From Okamejei kenojei (taxonomy: Eukaryota), in the NCBI GenBank assembly GCA_035221665.1, contig CM069152.1, forward strand, positions 19,716,001 to 19,780,000: a stretch of 64,000 nt of DNA, in the 5' to 3' direction. How positions within the stretch are numbered: position 1 is the first letter of the stretch; the number at the start of each line of letters is the position of its first letter. The notes under the pieces were generated by a model. That model did no database searches. It saw only the letters and a list, made by a program, of their open reading frames with translations, and had not been told where the DNA came from. Shown here in pieces: positions 35,100 through 47,089 of the stretch. The position numbers and the translations under genes are program-made.

Positions 35100-35950
35100 G
35101 GGAAAATTGGATTGTTGGCACACTGTCATGGTGTCAGGATATGGTGTGCCAAGGTGTTGTGTCACGGTATAACGTCTCATCCCATCGTACTGTGACACTG
35201 CTGCGCCAGCCAGGATACGCTGTGACCTCATCCGTCCATGGTGCGATGTCTTGTCTTCTAATGGCATGACATCTTGTCCTGCTGCAGTAATGTACATAAC
35301 ATCCTAATATATTGTGATATCTCATCTGCTAATCATCTGCTCTCTCAACCTGCAATGATATATCATTTCAGCCTGTAATGGCGTGCCGTCTAGTCCTGGC
35401 ATGGTGTGGCACTAGTCCTGTAATACTAAGCCACCTTGTCCTGACATGTTGCAGCACCCATCTTGTAATGGTTTGCCATCAAATTCGGATGTTGTGGCAC
35501 TTGTCCTGTAATGATCTGCCATCTTGACCTGGCGTGTTGCAGCACTTGTCCTGTAATGATGTGCCACCTTGTTCTGTGTGTTGTGGGACTCGTCCTGCAA
35601 TGGAGTGCCACCTCTTCCTGAAATGTTGCAGCACTTGTCCTGTAACGGTGTGCCATCTTGTCCTGATGTGGTGTGGCACCTGTCCTGTAATGGTGAGCCA
35701 TCACGTCCTGACGTCCTGTGATAGTGTTCCATCTGGTCCTGATGTGCAGTGGCATCTGTAATGGCATAATTTCCCTTGACTTGATATGAAACTGTCCTTC
35801 AACAGTGTGCCATCCTGTCCTATATCAGTGTTCTATCTTAGTCTGATGTGATGTGACATCTTGTCTCCAATGGTGTGCTTTTCTGTCCTGTAATGATATG
35901 TCATCTTTCCCTGTAATGATGTGCCATTTTGTCCTGTGGTTGTGTGATGT
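35100..35950. repeat. Degenerate minisatellite, ~45-bp unit built from two ~22-bp TGTCCTG sub-units
   Basis: Recurrent CTTGTCCTGTAATG(A/G)TGTGCCATCTTGTCCTGA..TGTTGCAGCA. Confidence 0.88.
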
Positions 35951-37689
35951 CATTCCTAAGCAATTTTTTTTTTGCAGGGCGAATATTGCTGGAACATGCA
36001 TCGGTGCTCATTAACTCTTTCTGAAATAATTACATCTGCTCACTTTTAAACGAACGCAGGCTAAATACCAAAACATGACAAAGTTGCCCGTTATAACAGC
36101 TCGCAGATTTATTTTCTGTTAATTATAATTCGTTGTGTGGTAATTATAATTAATTACTGGAAAGTTCAATGCTGAAGCTGTGTAGAAACATTAGTGTGGA
36201 AAGTTAGCTCTCATGGGACTGCTGGTCAGTGGGAGGGTGTGACTCAGAAGCTGGCTGCCGTTGCTAACTCCCCTAGATTGTCCTGGAGTCCCCTGCAATA
36301 AAAGATTCATTTCCTGGGCTCTGCTGCGAGCAATTTGAAGGGAGCTAAATACCTCACAAAATTCTTGGACCACCTTTCCTCGTTAATTTTAAAATATTGG
36401 TGATGTGGACAAGTGAGGTTGTCTCATTGTTTTGGGGCCTGGAGATTGAAAGAGGATTTTTTTTGCGATTATACTTACTGGAATAAATCCGACCAAATTA
36501 GGCAACTCGCTTGACATTGGGAGGACTTTGGGGAAGAGGACAGGAGAATAATGAGCATGGCTCATGAACATCTGTTGCCACTAGAAACTGTTTTGATTAG
36601 GTCCGATTATGCCGGTCTCTCTCCATCATCGCGCATTGTGTCTGGAGCAGCACTGAAATCTTAACACCTCCAATGTATTTTTTAAGAATGAGCATATATC
36701 CAAAGAGATTGCAGTAACTGTGAACGCAAGGACAGCAGCCAATCTTTAAGCAATAAAATCACACAAATAGACGAGGGAGCAGTGAAGAGTTTCTTTGCCA
36801 TTTGTAATGGTTGGGTGGCCACTGACGGGTAACCTCCCAGCACAATGACGTACAAGCCCAGATTATGCGTTCAACGCTTATTGGCAGAGAAGACCGAGCC
36901 TTCTGAGTCCTGTAAATATCAAGCTGCCATGATTCTGCTGCAATATCATAATTCTGACATTAGCAGAGGGATTAATGGTCAAGTGAATTGAGGATAGGGT
37001 GTCATAGTCTGGCCTAAACATGTCTAAATCCCCATGAGTCAGTGAATTTCCATTCTGCTCATCAATTAAATATATCTGCAGTAAAAATGTTGCCATCAGT
37101 CATGGTGACCCTTCAATTACTGGACTGATAATGGAAGCCATCTGGTTCATTAATGTCCTTTAGGAGAGAAAAGTTGCTGTTGTGCCCTAGTCTGGTGTGT
37201 ACGTGACTCCAATAGCATGGTTGACTTGACCTCTCTACAGTCAGTTCAAGGATATACTGTAAATGGATGAGCAATTAGGGTCAGCCCTTCTAGCAGCATT
37301 CTCATCTGTGAAAGAATAAAGCATTTGCTGGCTTAGAAAATAGTACATACCTAAATCAAGTGTTAAATTCCAGAATGGGCAACTTGGATAGTTGGGGGTG
37401 CTGGGAAATGGGCTAGTGGGAGAAAGGTGGGGTTCTAGGTCTCATTTAGGAGATGATGGAGGACACCAGACTAACCTAGGAGACTGTGCAACAGCAGCCA
37501 GCCCTCTGACTCGCAACCTCCAACTGACCAGAGTCCCACGGGACCATAACTCCATAAGCCAATCTTTATACAGACTATCAACAGTGAGGAGGAAGAATGA
37601 GCATTACCATTGTCATAGAAACCTAGAAGAAGGCACCTGCTAACTAGAAGATGATGGATGCCTTATACCCTCTAACATTGACACAGATA

Positions 37690-38070
37690 AGCAAAAAACA
37701 AACTGCTGGAGGAACATAGCGGTCAGGCAACATCTGTGGAGGGAAGACTCCAGATGAAAAATTCAGACCCAAGATGCTGCCTGACCTACAGAGTTCTCAG
37801 CTTCTCATTTTCACCCTACAAACAGCTAACAATGGCCTGTTTCCTTCATCATTGTTACTGTTTTGCATATCTTTTATTTATTGTTCTTTATCTCTCCACA
37901 TCACCGTCTATATCTCTCGTTTCCCTTGTCCCTAACCAGTCTGAAGAAGGGTCTCGACCTGAAATGTCACCCATTCGTTCTCTCCAGAGATGATGCCAGT
38001 CCCGCTGAGTTACTCCAGCTTTTTGTGCCTATCTTTGGTTTAAACCAGCATCCGCAGTTCCTTCCTACAG
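37690..38070. mobile_element. Small pLTR palindrome (37700-37800) followed by a + strand Penelope pLTR 3' part with hammerhead-like core
   Basis: GGTCAGGCAACATCT pairs with AGATGCTGCCTGACC, then CAGTCTGAAGAAGGGTCTCGACCTGAAATGTCACCCATTC...AAACCAGCATCCGCAGTTCCTTCCTACA. Confidence 0.85.
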
Positions 38071-39124
38071 TTTGTTTCTTTCACCAGATTCAAGCATAAG
38101 CAGTGCTTGTCTCTACATGGCTCAGGTAAGATAAGGTAGATAAGCTGTGTAAATGTTATCAATGCAAGCCTTGACCCTACAATACAGACCAGATTCAATG
38201 TCTGACTCTGCCCATCTCAATTCCCCATATAATAACATAATCCATTTCAACTTTCTAAACAGAAATTTGATTGAGGATACTTTTAAAAAGCTTTCTTTCA
38301 TTCATTCATTTTTAATTTTGTATTTCCTTTTCAATATCCACTTGCATTTCCAGCCTTAAAAATACTCTGCAGAAGAACATTTCCACCCTGCTCGAACAGG
38401 ATCCAAGCATTTTAAAGAAGCGCAAAGGATATAATTATTTTAAGAAACACTCCAGCATTCAATCTGGTTAATTTATTAATAAACCCAGAAGCTTTTCTCA
38501 GTAATCTTTGAACCTATTTCCTCGACCCAGCTGTGAAGAAGCCAGCGTAGCACAAGACAGTAGGGAACAGGCATATTTATTCTCCAACTCCCATTGGTGC
38601 TTTAATATTTCTCTGTTAAGTTACAGGGAAATTGGCTGCATGCCTCTGCCTCACACTTCAAAGGAGAACAGACCATCTAATGATCTTTAATTTGGTGAAT
38701 TACTCAAAAGGAAAGAATATTTTAATTCGCTCCATGTTAGCTGTCACTGTTTTGTTTCCCCTGCTCCTCTCTCATTCTTACTGTTCATCTTCATTGTCCA
38801 TGGTTATTGAACCTTTAATTCCTTGTAAATGTTTCTCCTTTCATCCAATAGAAGTTTAGGTTCTTTTTTCTGGGATCTACTAATCCAGCTGTGCCCTTGA
38901 AAATGTCTGCAGAACGTTTTCCCATCATTGGTTTTTGGTTCCTTCCACAATCTTTAGGTCTTCAAGTACAAACCTGGCATTGTCCCAATCCACTACTTGT
39001 ATTTGAACATATACAGGCTGCCTGCAGCTTGCTTAAGTGTTTCTTTCTTGAGAAATGTCCGCTAACTGATTTTTCCGTAGGTCAGAAGAAAGCAATTTCA
39101 GTGAAGGTCGATTAATATGAACAT

Positions 39125-39600
39125 GGAAATAGTGCAGAGAAGATTTATGAGAATGTTGCCAGGACTTGAGGGGCTGAGCTATCGAGAATGGTTGGGCAGG
39201 CTATGATTTTATTCTTTGGAGCACAGGAGGCTGAGGGGTGATGTTATAACTGTGTAAAATCATGAGGGGAATTGATAGGGTGAATGCAGTCTTTTACTGA
39301 GGGTAGGGGACTCAAAAATAAGAAGACATATGCTTAAGATGAGAGGGGCAAGATGTAATACGAATTTGAGGGGCAATATTTTCACTCAGAGGGTGATGGG
39401 TATATGGAGCGAGTTGCCAGAGGAGATAGTTGTGGCGGGTACTATAACATCATTTAAAAGTCACTTGGGTAGCTATACGGATAGGAAATGTTTAGAGGGA
39501 TATTGGTAAAATGGGACTGGTTAAGATGGGACATATTGGTTGGCATGGATGGGTTGGGCCAAGCCTGTTTCCAGGTTGTATGCCTGACTCTGACTCTGTT
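39125..39600 (+). mobile_element. CR1/HER1 LINE 3' fragment
   Basis: GTGCAGAGAAGATTTATGAGAATGTTGCCAGGACT...AGGCTGAGGGGTGA...CCTGTTTCCAGGTTGTATG with a (GACTCT)n tail. Confidence 0.88.
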
Positions 39601-41032
39601 TAGTTATTGTCTTCCTGTGTAATTACACTGGTACAGGATCATAACGTCCAACATCTAATGGTTTGACGGCCTTCTAGTATTAATGGACATTATGTCGCTC
39701 GATAAAATATTTTACGTGTCAATAAAAGAGATTTGTCTTTTCAGTTTCCAAAGAATTCCTCTTGTGGCCTCCCACTGAGAACCAGCAGCTATGTTTTTAA
39801 AGATAATCTGTTTGATTACTGCAGGAAAGTTACATCTAAATAGTTTGTTTTTTTAAAGACTGTTTGTCCTGAATTAGCTAGGTGCTACCAAAACTCCTGA
39901 AGAGGTTTGCATTTCTGTAAATTAATTTGCTGTTTTGAAAAAATGATGCGTAAAGTCGGATTACCCCAGTTTTCTGTAACTCGGGGACCCCATATAACTG
40001 GACAGGAAAGCAATAGAGAAACATGAACCTAATGCAGACAAATGGGATTAGTACAGACATGCATTCCAGTCGGCGTGTATTGGGTGAACCATATGGGGTC
40101 TAATTCTGTGCTGTACAATTCTATAACTATTAAAAGGCGAGCCTAGAGGTGAGCAAAGATTCTGGGAATGGTCGGACGTGGTTTTAGTTTGTGTAACCAC
40201 CTCCTGCCCCTCACTGACCAGTGCGAAGTATGGGCCCACCCCGGTGAGAGGCGAGCCCATTCACCATGCAGACAAATCGCACTGAACCTCTGCAGTGAAA
40301 CAGAGCACTGTAAACTCAAGCAGGCAGACGCAAACAACTGCACATCATTGTTGTGGAGACTCTCTTGGGCACATACACTTGCTGATCAACTGCTGGGTTT
40401 GCACCTTGCCTTATCTTGAGTTAAAAGCAAAGGCCATTGGTCACTCTACAATTTCTTGGTCAGATCGAGATGAGGGGCGTCTGCATTGGTACCGTCCAAA
40501 TCAAGAGTGCAGCTGATGCCAGAATAACATTAACTGCGCCAGAGTGAACCGCATACGGAAGTGACTAGTTATCTACCAATATGTGAAGTGGCTTTCATGT
40601 GAGATTTGCATATGAAAAAGAGTACCAGATGTACAAGCAAGGCCTCAAAACAAGGCGCCATCTATCATCTCAGAGCAGAGCACAATTCTGGGGGGAAAAA
40701 AAGCTCTCTCTAAGGTGCTGCTGTGGGTGAGTTAAACAAAAGGTGGGAAACGCATCATACACAAGGCCAAATAGTTAACAGGTGCTGACACCTGCTCCAC
40801 CATTATGGAGTACAGATTTTAGGTTTCATTCTAGTGGTAGAGGAGAGGTAATTGCCGAGGAGAAAAGGCCATGATCTTTCCAGACTTTCAAGTTGTTCCA
40901 AGTCATGTAGTTGGCTTCTATGCATGGCTTGCATATTGGAAGCTGTAGGGTACCGAGATTGTGCAGGGTAGTAAATAAACACAAAAGCACTGCTCTTTGT
41001 CCATTCTGTATGTGAGATCCTTTTTCACTTTA

Positions 41033-41359
41033 TTATTATTTTTTTTTAATTTATATTTTTATTAGAAACAGAGTACAAAAGTATAAACCGCGGCATACAA
41101 CATAGTACATTTATTGTACAGCTTCCATTTTAATTTTAGCAAAGATGAAATAGAAAAAGATAGGAAAATCAAGTAAGAAAGAAGGTGGAAGAGATGGTGA
41201 ATGTGTAAGAATACAACCGCTAACCTACCAAATGGGTGTAGTCAAAGAGTGAGTAAGTAAAACTTAAAGAAATAAAAAGACAAAAATGGAAAAAAGAAAG
41301 TAAAGAAAAAAAAACCCCAAAAGTGTTGATATACCTACTTCATTTCTCTCCCCACCCAT
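41033..41359 (-). mobile_element. Short poly(A)-tailed retroposed insert (L1/Tx1-like 3' UTR) with TSD
   Basis: T-rich tail at 41033-41060, flanked by TTTTCACTTTA at 41022-41032 and 41364-41374. Confidence 0.6.
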
Positions 41360-42279
41360 GATCTTTTCACTTTAACTGTCGATATCACAACACTGCAAAA
41401 CGTCCTTTCTCTAAACTCTGGTTTAGCTCTCCTCTAGTCAGACCTAATTAAACAAGTCTGTGGTACCATCCTGTCCATTCATTATGTGTGGGCAGTGTAA
41501 TTGTGTTTCAGGTTCCCAACTTCAAACGATGTTTGCAGAGAAACTGCAGAGTGGGTGGGGTTTAAATTCTGCGGTGTCACCTTAAAGTTGTTCTTGTTAA
41601 ATCCGTGCTCTAATCAGAGGACAGGAATTCTTCCTAATTGCCTTTTTAGTTATGGACATTGCTTCACAGAATCGGGCCAGTCAGCCCAACCAGGTCATGC
41701 AGACTTTACCCTCCATCTCGGTTAACAATCTATCCTGTTATTAACCTGTGTCCTTCTTTTCCCATCTCAGCACCTCTCCGATCTTCATTACTGCTGCAGC
41801 CACTAATCATTGCTGTAAATTCCATACCTTTTCGGTATCCTGCATAAAGAAGCTTTTCCAGCTCCCAGATCTCTGACGTTCATTCTTTAACATCTATAAA
41901 TCGGCACATGTCATGACCTTCCATCCCAATTGGAGCACACAATGAATGGACGCATGTCTGTACTTAAAGACACATAACAAAGGTGATGTCAGCGTTGTGC
42001 CTGAATGTCTTTGGACATCTTACTGGACTGGACCCAGTTACAGTATCTCTCTGGTCATCAAAACTGTTAAAGATGCCGATCTTATGCACCCAGAGAGATG
42101 TGCTACTGTCAATGCAATGAGCCATCAACAATGACTTGAGTTACAATTTCAGCTGCCTGCAAATTCAATTGAATATGGTTCCCAAAGATGTGTTCAGAGC
42201 TTGGGTGGAGATGGGATGTGACAGACTGCTTGAGGCAATGGAGGTGGTTGGAGCTGCAAGGGATTTTCTTGACTGATTA

Positions 42280-43160
42280 TCTTCAGATGTAGAATGTAGG
42301 AGGTAATATTAGTAAATTCACTGATGACATAAAAATTGGTGGTGCTGGTGACAGTGAGGTGGGTAGTCATGTCCTACAGGATTATATTTCTCAATTGGTA
42401 AGGTGGACTAGCAGTGACAGATGGAATTTAACCATGATATACGTGGCATTATGCGCTAATAAAAGCAGGACATGGACAATAAATAATAAGAGTCTGGGGA
42501 GTATTGAGGAGCAGAAGACCGTTGGTGTATTAGGATCTACGAAAGAAGCAGCACAGATAGATAAGGTGTTTAGGAAGGCATATGGAATCTTTGTCCTCCA
42601 TGGTCTAGGATATCAGAGAAGGTATGTTATGGTTCAACTTTATAAAGCATTGGTGAGGACCACAGCGGGAATATTATATGTTTAGTCACTGCACTACAGG
42701 AAGGATATGCTTGCACTGGAGAGGGTGCACAGAGGATGCACCAAGATCTTGCCTGGGGTAGAATGTTTCAATTGCGAGGAGAAGCTGGAAAGGCCTGGTT
42801 TGTTGCCTCGGAGCGGAGGAGGCTGATGACCTGGTTGAGGTATACAAAATTATAGGCAAGGTGCAAGCCCGGCACTTGACCATTGCTGAGGCATCTTAAA
42901 GCAGAGGGCATGGGCATTGGGTAATGGGTAAAAGGTTTCGACTGGACTGAGGTTGAACAATTTTGAACTAAGAGGGTGGCTGGAATCTGAATTGCCAGAA
43001 TGAGGGATGGATGCAGTTGCACACAATATTTACGAAGTATCAAGAAAAGCACATAAATTGCCGTGGCATAACGGTTATGGACCAAGTGGTGGTAAGTAGT
43101 GTAGATGGATGCTTGATGGACATGATGGGAAGGTCCTGTTTTTTGAGCTATGACCATGAA
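42280..43160 (+). mobile_element. Old CR1 ORF2 3' half
   Basis: AGTAAATTCACTGATGACATAAAAATTGGTGG (KFADD-like), IDKVFRKAYG..MVQLYKALVR and GCACTGGAGAGGGTGCACAGA. Confidence 0.85.
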
Positions 43161-43879
43161 TTTCAGCAACAAGTTAAGCCTTCGGGTATGGTGCAGATCA
43201 GAGTTTCCGTTGTAGACCTCAGGGGATGGAGTGTGACAGAGGTAGAGAATTAGGGAGCCACTGGGAACCCCAAGATCTGAGGAACTTCAGGGAGTGGTGG
43301 GGAGGATTGGAGAGGTCTTTGAGTTGTAGGAGGGGTGGATGCAGAGTATAGGAAAGGGCCCTGAGCCTTTGAATGGAGGGTGGGGAATGGTTCCTTGCGG
43401 AATGGGGTAGGGAGCAGGGAACCAAACTTGAGAATGTAGGAACTAGGTTCAGGAGTGGATAATTTTGCCCCTCAAGCCTACAGTGCATTTTAATCAGATC
43501 ATGGCAGATGGTCTTCCTCAAACATAATTTTCCCGTTGTGTTTCCATTTCCCCATATTCCTTTAATATCCAAAAATCTATCCATCTTTATATTGATTTTA
43601 ATTAATGGCTCCACAGAGTCTCCACACCTCTCTCTGGGAGAGAATTTTGAAGATTCACTGGTCTCTGCATGAAGAAATGTCTTCATATTTTAGCCCTAAA
43701 TGATCAACAATATATTTTGTCTCTGGGACTCTAGTTCTTGTCTGCTCATCCAGGGAAAACCCCTCCCCATGTCTACTCAGACAAGCTCTTTAAAATGTTC
43801 TGTCCCAGTCAGGTACCCCCTCACCTAAACTATAAAGAATTGAAACTCAGCGTATTCAGTTTCTCCTTGTGTCACAAAT

Positions 43880-44415
43880 TCGTGAGGAAGGATGTGCTGG
43901 CTCTGGAGAGGGTCCAGAGGAGGTTTACAAGAATAATCCCAGGAATGTGTGGGTTAACATATGATGAGCGTTTGACGGCACTGGGCCTGTATTCACTGGA
44001 GTTTTGAAGGATGAGGGGGGACCTCATTGAAACTTACTGAAGAGTGAAAGGCTTGGATCGAGTGGATGTGGAGAGGATGCTAGCACTAGTGCGAGAGTCC
44101 AGGACCAGAGGTCATAGCCTCAGAATTGAAGGATGTTCCTTTAGGAAGGAGATGAGGAGGAATTTCTTAAGTCAGAGGGTGGTGAATCTGTGGAATTATT
44201 AGCCACAGAAGGCTATGGAGGCAGTCACTGGATATTTTTAAGTTAGAGATAGTATGGGTCTCAGGGCTTATGGGGAGAAGGCAGGAGAATGGGATTAGGG
44301 GTGAGAGATAGATCAGACATGATTGAATGGCAGAGTAGACCTGATGGGCCGAATGGCCTAATTCTGCTCCTCCCACTTATGACATGGCCTGAAACGGCTC
44401 CTATCACTTATGACC
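43880..44415 (+). mobile_element. CR1 3' fragment inserted in an older minus-strand CR1 (~43450-44520)
   Basis: RKDVLALERVQRRFTRIIPGMCGLTYDERLTALGLYSLEF and 3' end GGGCCGAATGGCCTAATTCTGCTCC. Confidence 0.92.
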
Positions 44416-45404
44416 TTTGACATATCCATCAGCCTGGTGACTATTCCCTCAATATCACGCACACCTTTAGGCAAGGAGAACAAAGTTGTGCCCAGTACTC
44501 CAGTTGTGAGTGTTACCTTACAAGGGTTTCAGCCCAGTACTGTGGAATGAAGTATGGCTGCCTCAGGTGTGCCAAATGTACAGCCTTCCCACGGCAAAGT
44601 TTCAGGAGGACCTTGGAAAAACAATGAGGTGCCAGATGCAACTGACGAGGAAATCACATTGGGGGCTCAATGGTGATTCAGTCATGTACGATCCAGGTTA
44701 TACCTCTGGAAAGATATGAAATGACCTGGAAAAGAGTATTATTGTATTTCATTTTGGAAAAAATTGATTTCCGATTGCACAATGCTGAAGGAAACAGAAT
44801 TTTGAAATCGAACTCTTCTCTTTTTTTCTTAAAGCTTTACATTTAAGGTTTAACAAATCTTAATTAACTGGCACTCTCTTTAATTTGTGGCTGCTTTCTG
44901 CTTTCTGCATATATTGGAGTCAGCCAGATGCAACCCTGACTCTAATTCTGTATGCGCATCATATCCCAGTGTGATAGATGGATGATGTGTTTATTTAATA
45001 AAGATAGATGGTCAGAAACGTTGATTGTATTTAAAGGACTCATTAAAGACCTCTGCTGATCATCATGACCAAAGAAGTGACACACCAGCTCCCGACCAAC
45101 AGTTTGAACAAAGCAGCAATCTGTTCCAAATTTAGAATACCCTATTGGAATAGTCAATTTTCTACAGAACTTTCAATCAACTTCCAGGGTGACCTTTGTC
45201 TTCTACAAAAAGGTCACAGCCTCATGTATAGTTTTTTATCATCCACAGATTCAGACCTGATTGTATTTTATGGTCAGAAATCTGCCGTTGATGACATACA
45301 GCAAAGGCTCTTATGTTTATACACCAAAATACAAACACTCTGTCTCCTGAGCTGTGCTGGGTTAATGATCACAGCCAGAGGATACTGCAATTAAGGTCTT
45401 CACA

Positions 45405-45625
45405 AGGTCATGTGATAGGAGAAGAATTTGGCCATTTGGCCCATCACGTTTACTCCGCCATTCAATCATGGCTGATCTATCTCTCCCTCCTATCCCATTC
45501 TCCTGCCTTCTCCCCATAACTTTGAGACCCTTACTTATCAAGAATCTATCTGTCTCTTCCTTAAAAATATCCATTGATGGCCTCCACAGCCTTCTGTGGT
45601 AAAGAATTCCACACATTCACCATCA
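45405..45625 (-). mobile_element. CR1 3' end
   Basis: GGCCATTTGGCCCATC...CCATTCAATCATGGCTGATCTATC...GAATTCCACACATTCACCA. Confidence 0.88.
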
Positions 45626-46242
45626 TGCACTGACCACCACATGCACTTCTCAGCTTCCAGTTAGAGAAATGAGGCTGGTGGGAGAAATGTCAGAGGTTTT
45701 GGCTTTTGTGTTACAAACCGTGGGGGGGGGGGGAGATTTTTGGTGGGCAATAAGAGAGGGTCTCCGAGATAGGCTGGTGACTTCACGATCTGGGCAATTC
45801 AGGCAATTGTGGATCCAGATTCCACCCTTGGGTTGGCCTGCAAGAGGGAGGGAGGGGGTGGGGGTGGGGGGGGGGGGGGGGGGGGGGGGGGGAGAGAAAA
45901 AAGGAAAGTGGGGTGAGGAGAGAATCTCCAACTGATTGTTTGTTTCCAAGCAGAGCTTATTAATCTTCCTCTACTCCTGCTGAAGTGGAAATGACAGACA
46001 CCAATTATAACGAGTGTGTAATGTAACCAGGTTCAATCCCTGATCAAGTGGACCTCCCAATTATCTTAAACCAGTCAATTGATCCAAGTTTTACTATTGT
46101 TAACCAGCACCTACTACCATACACAGGAGACCACTTTCATTTAATAGAGCACCTCCTCATGTTCCCACCATCACAGAAGCCAGTCTATAAGCAATTCAAT
46201 TCACTCTATGTGAATCGAGGAAAAGGCTGAGATAAACCAAAG

Positions 46243-46571
46243 GTTAGGTTTAGTTTAGTTCAGAGATGCAGCGTGGAAACAGGCCCTTCGGCCCACCGGG
46301 TCCGTGCCGACCGGCTATCGTGGATATCGTGGATCAACACCGTTCTACACCCACCGGGGACAATTTACATTTATACCAAGTCAATTAACCCACAAACCTG
46401 GACGTCTTTGGAGCGTGGGAGGAAACCGAAGATATCGGAGAAAACCCACGCAGGTCACGGGGAGAACGTACAAACTCCGTACAGACAGCACCCGTAGTCG
46501 GGATCGAACCCGGGTCTCCGGCGCTGCTTTTGCTGTAAGGCAGCAACTCTACCGCTGCGCCACCGTGCCGC
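46243..46571 (-). mobile_element. HE1 V-SINE, young and CpG-rich
   Basis: (GTTTA)n tail, GCGTGGAAACAGGCCCTTCGGCCC, full core and tRNA-like head CGCTGCGCCACCGTGCCGCC. Confidence 0.95.
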
Positions 46572-46810
46572 CTATACCGTTATGGAACGAGACAACATTT
46601 CAGCTTTAGTTCTGAGGACCTGTGCTCTTGTACTGGCTGTGTCCGCAGCCATGCGGTTCCTATGCAGTTATAACTCGGGCAATGTGGAACGTTGCCCAGG
46701 AATGTCTTGTTCATAAGTTGGATAAATCAGACCTGGTTAAAGAAGGGTTCCAACCTGAAATGTCACCCATCTTTTTTTTCTCCAGAGATGCTGCCTGAGC
46801 CACTGAGTTC

Positions 46811-46975
46811 AGGGCCTGTCCCACTTGGCCGTCATTTGCGCGTCACACAGATGGCGCGTGAAGATTTTCTACATCTCAAAATCCTGCGACGTCGCGCGCG
46901 CCGCGCGTCACTGCCTATGTCATCGCGCACCACGTGCTTCATGACGCGTAAATGATGTCAAGTGGGTCAGGCCCT
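46811..46975. mobile_element. 165-bp MITE, probably PIF/Harbinger-type, inserted into a pLTR-derived repeat (~46735-47000)
   Basis: TIR AGGGCCTGTCCCACTTGGCCGTCATTTGCGCGTCA pairs with TGACGCGTAAATGATGTCAAGTGGGTCAGGCCCT. Flanks TTC/TTA split the host motif GAGTTACTCCAGCAC. Confidence 0.85.
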
Positions 46976-47089
46976 TTACTCCAGCACTTTGTGGCTATCC
47001 TCTGGATATTTACAGCCAGTCTTCTCTCAATCAACAGCAGAGTCTTGGGGATGTTGTGAACAATGCTATGAAGTCGCACTTACTCAACA

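Noticed and set aside
35412-35767. Repetitive His/Cys-rich ORFs
   Set aside because: By-products of a minisatellite, open in several frames on both strands.
39940-40005. GTAACTCGGGGACCCC (and a similar motif near 32245) resembling a Tigger/pogo terminus
   Set aside because: No matching second TIR or TA duplication could be located, so it is not called.
46490-46571. tRNA-like sequence with A and B boxes (also at the other HE1 copies)
   Set aside because: These are SINE heads attached to V-domain cores and LINE-derived tails, not tRNA genes.
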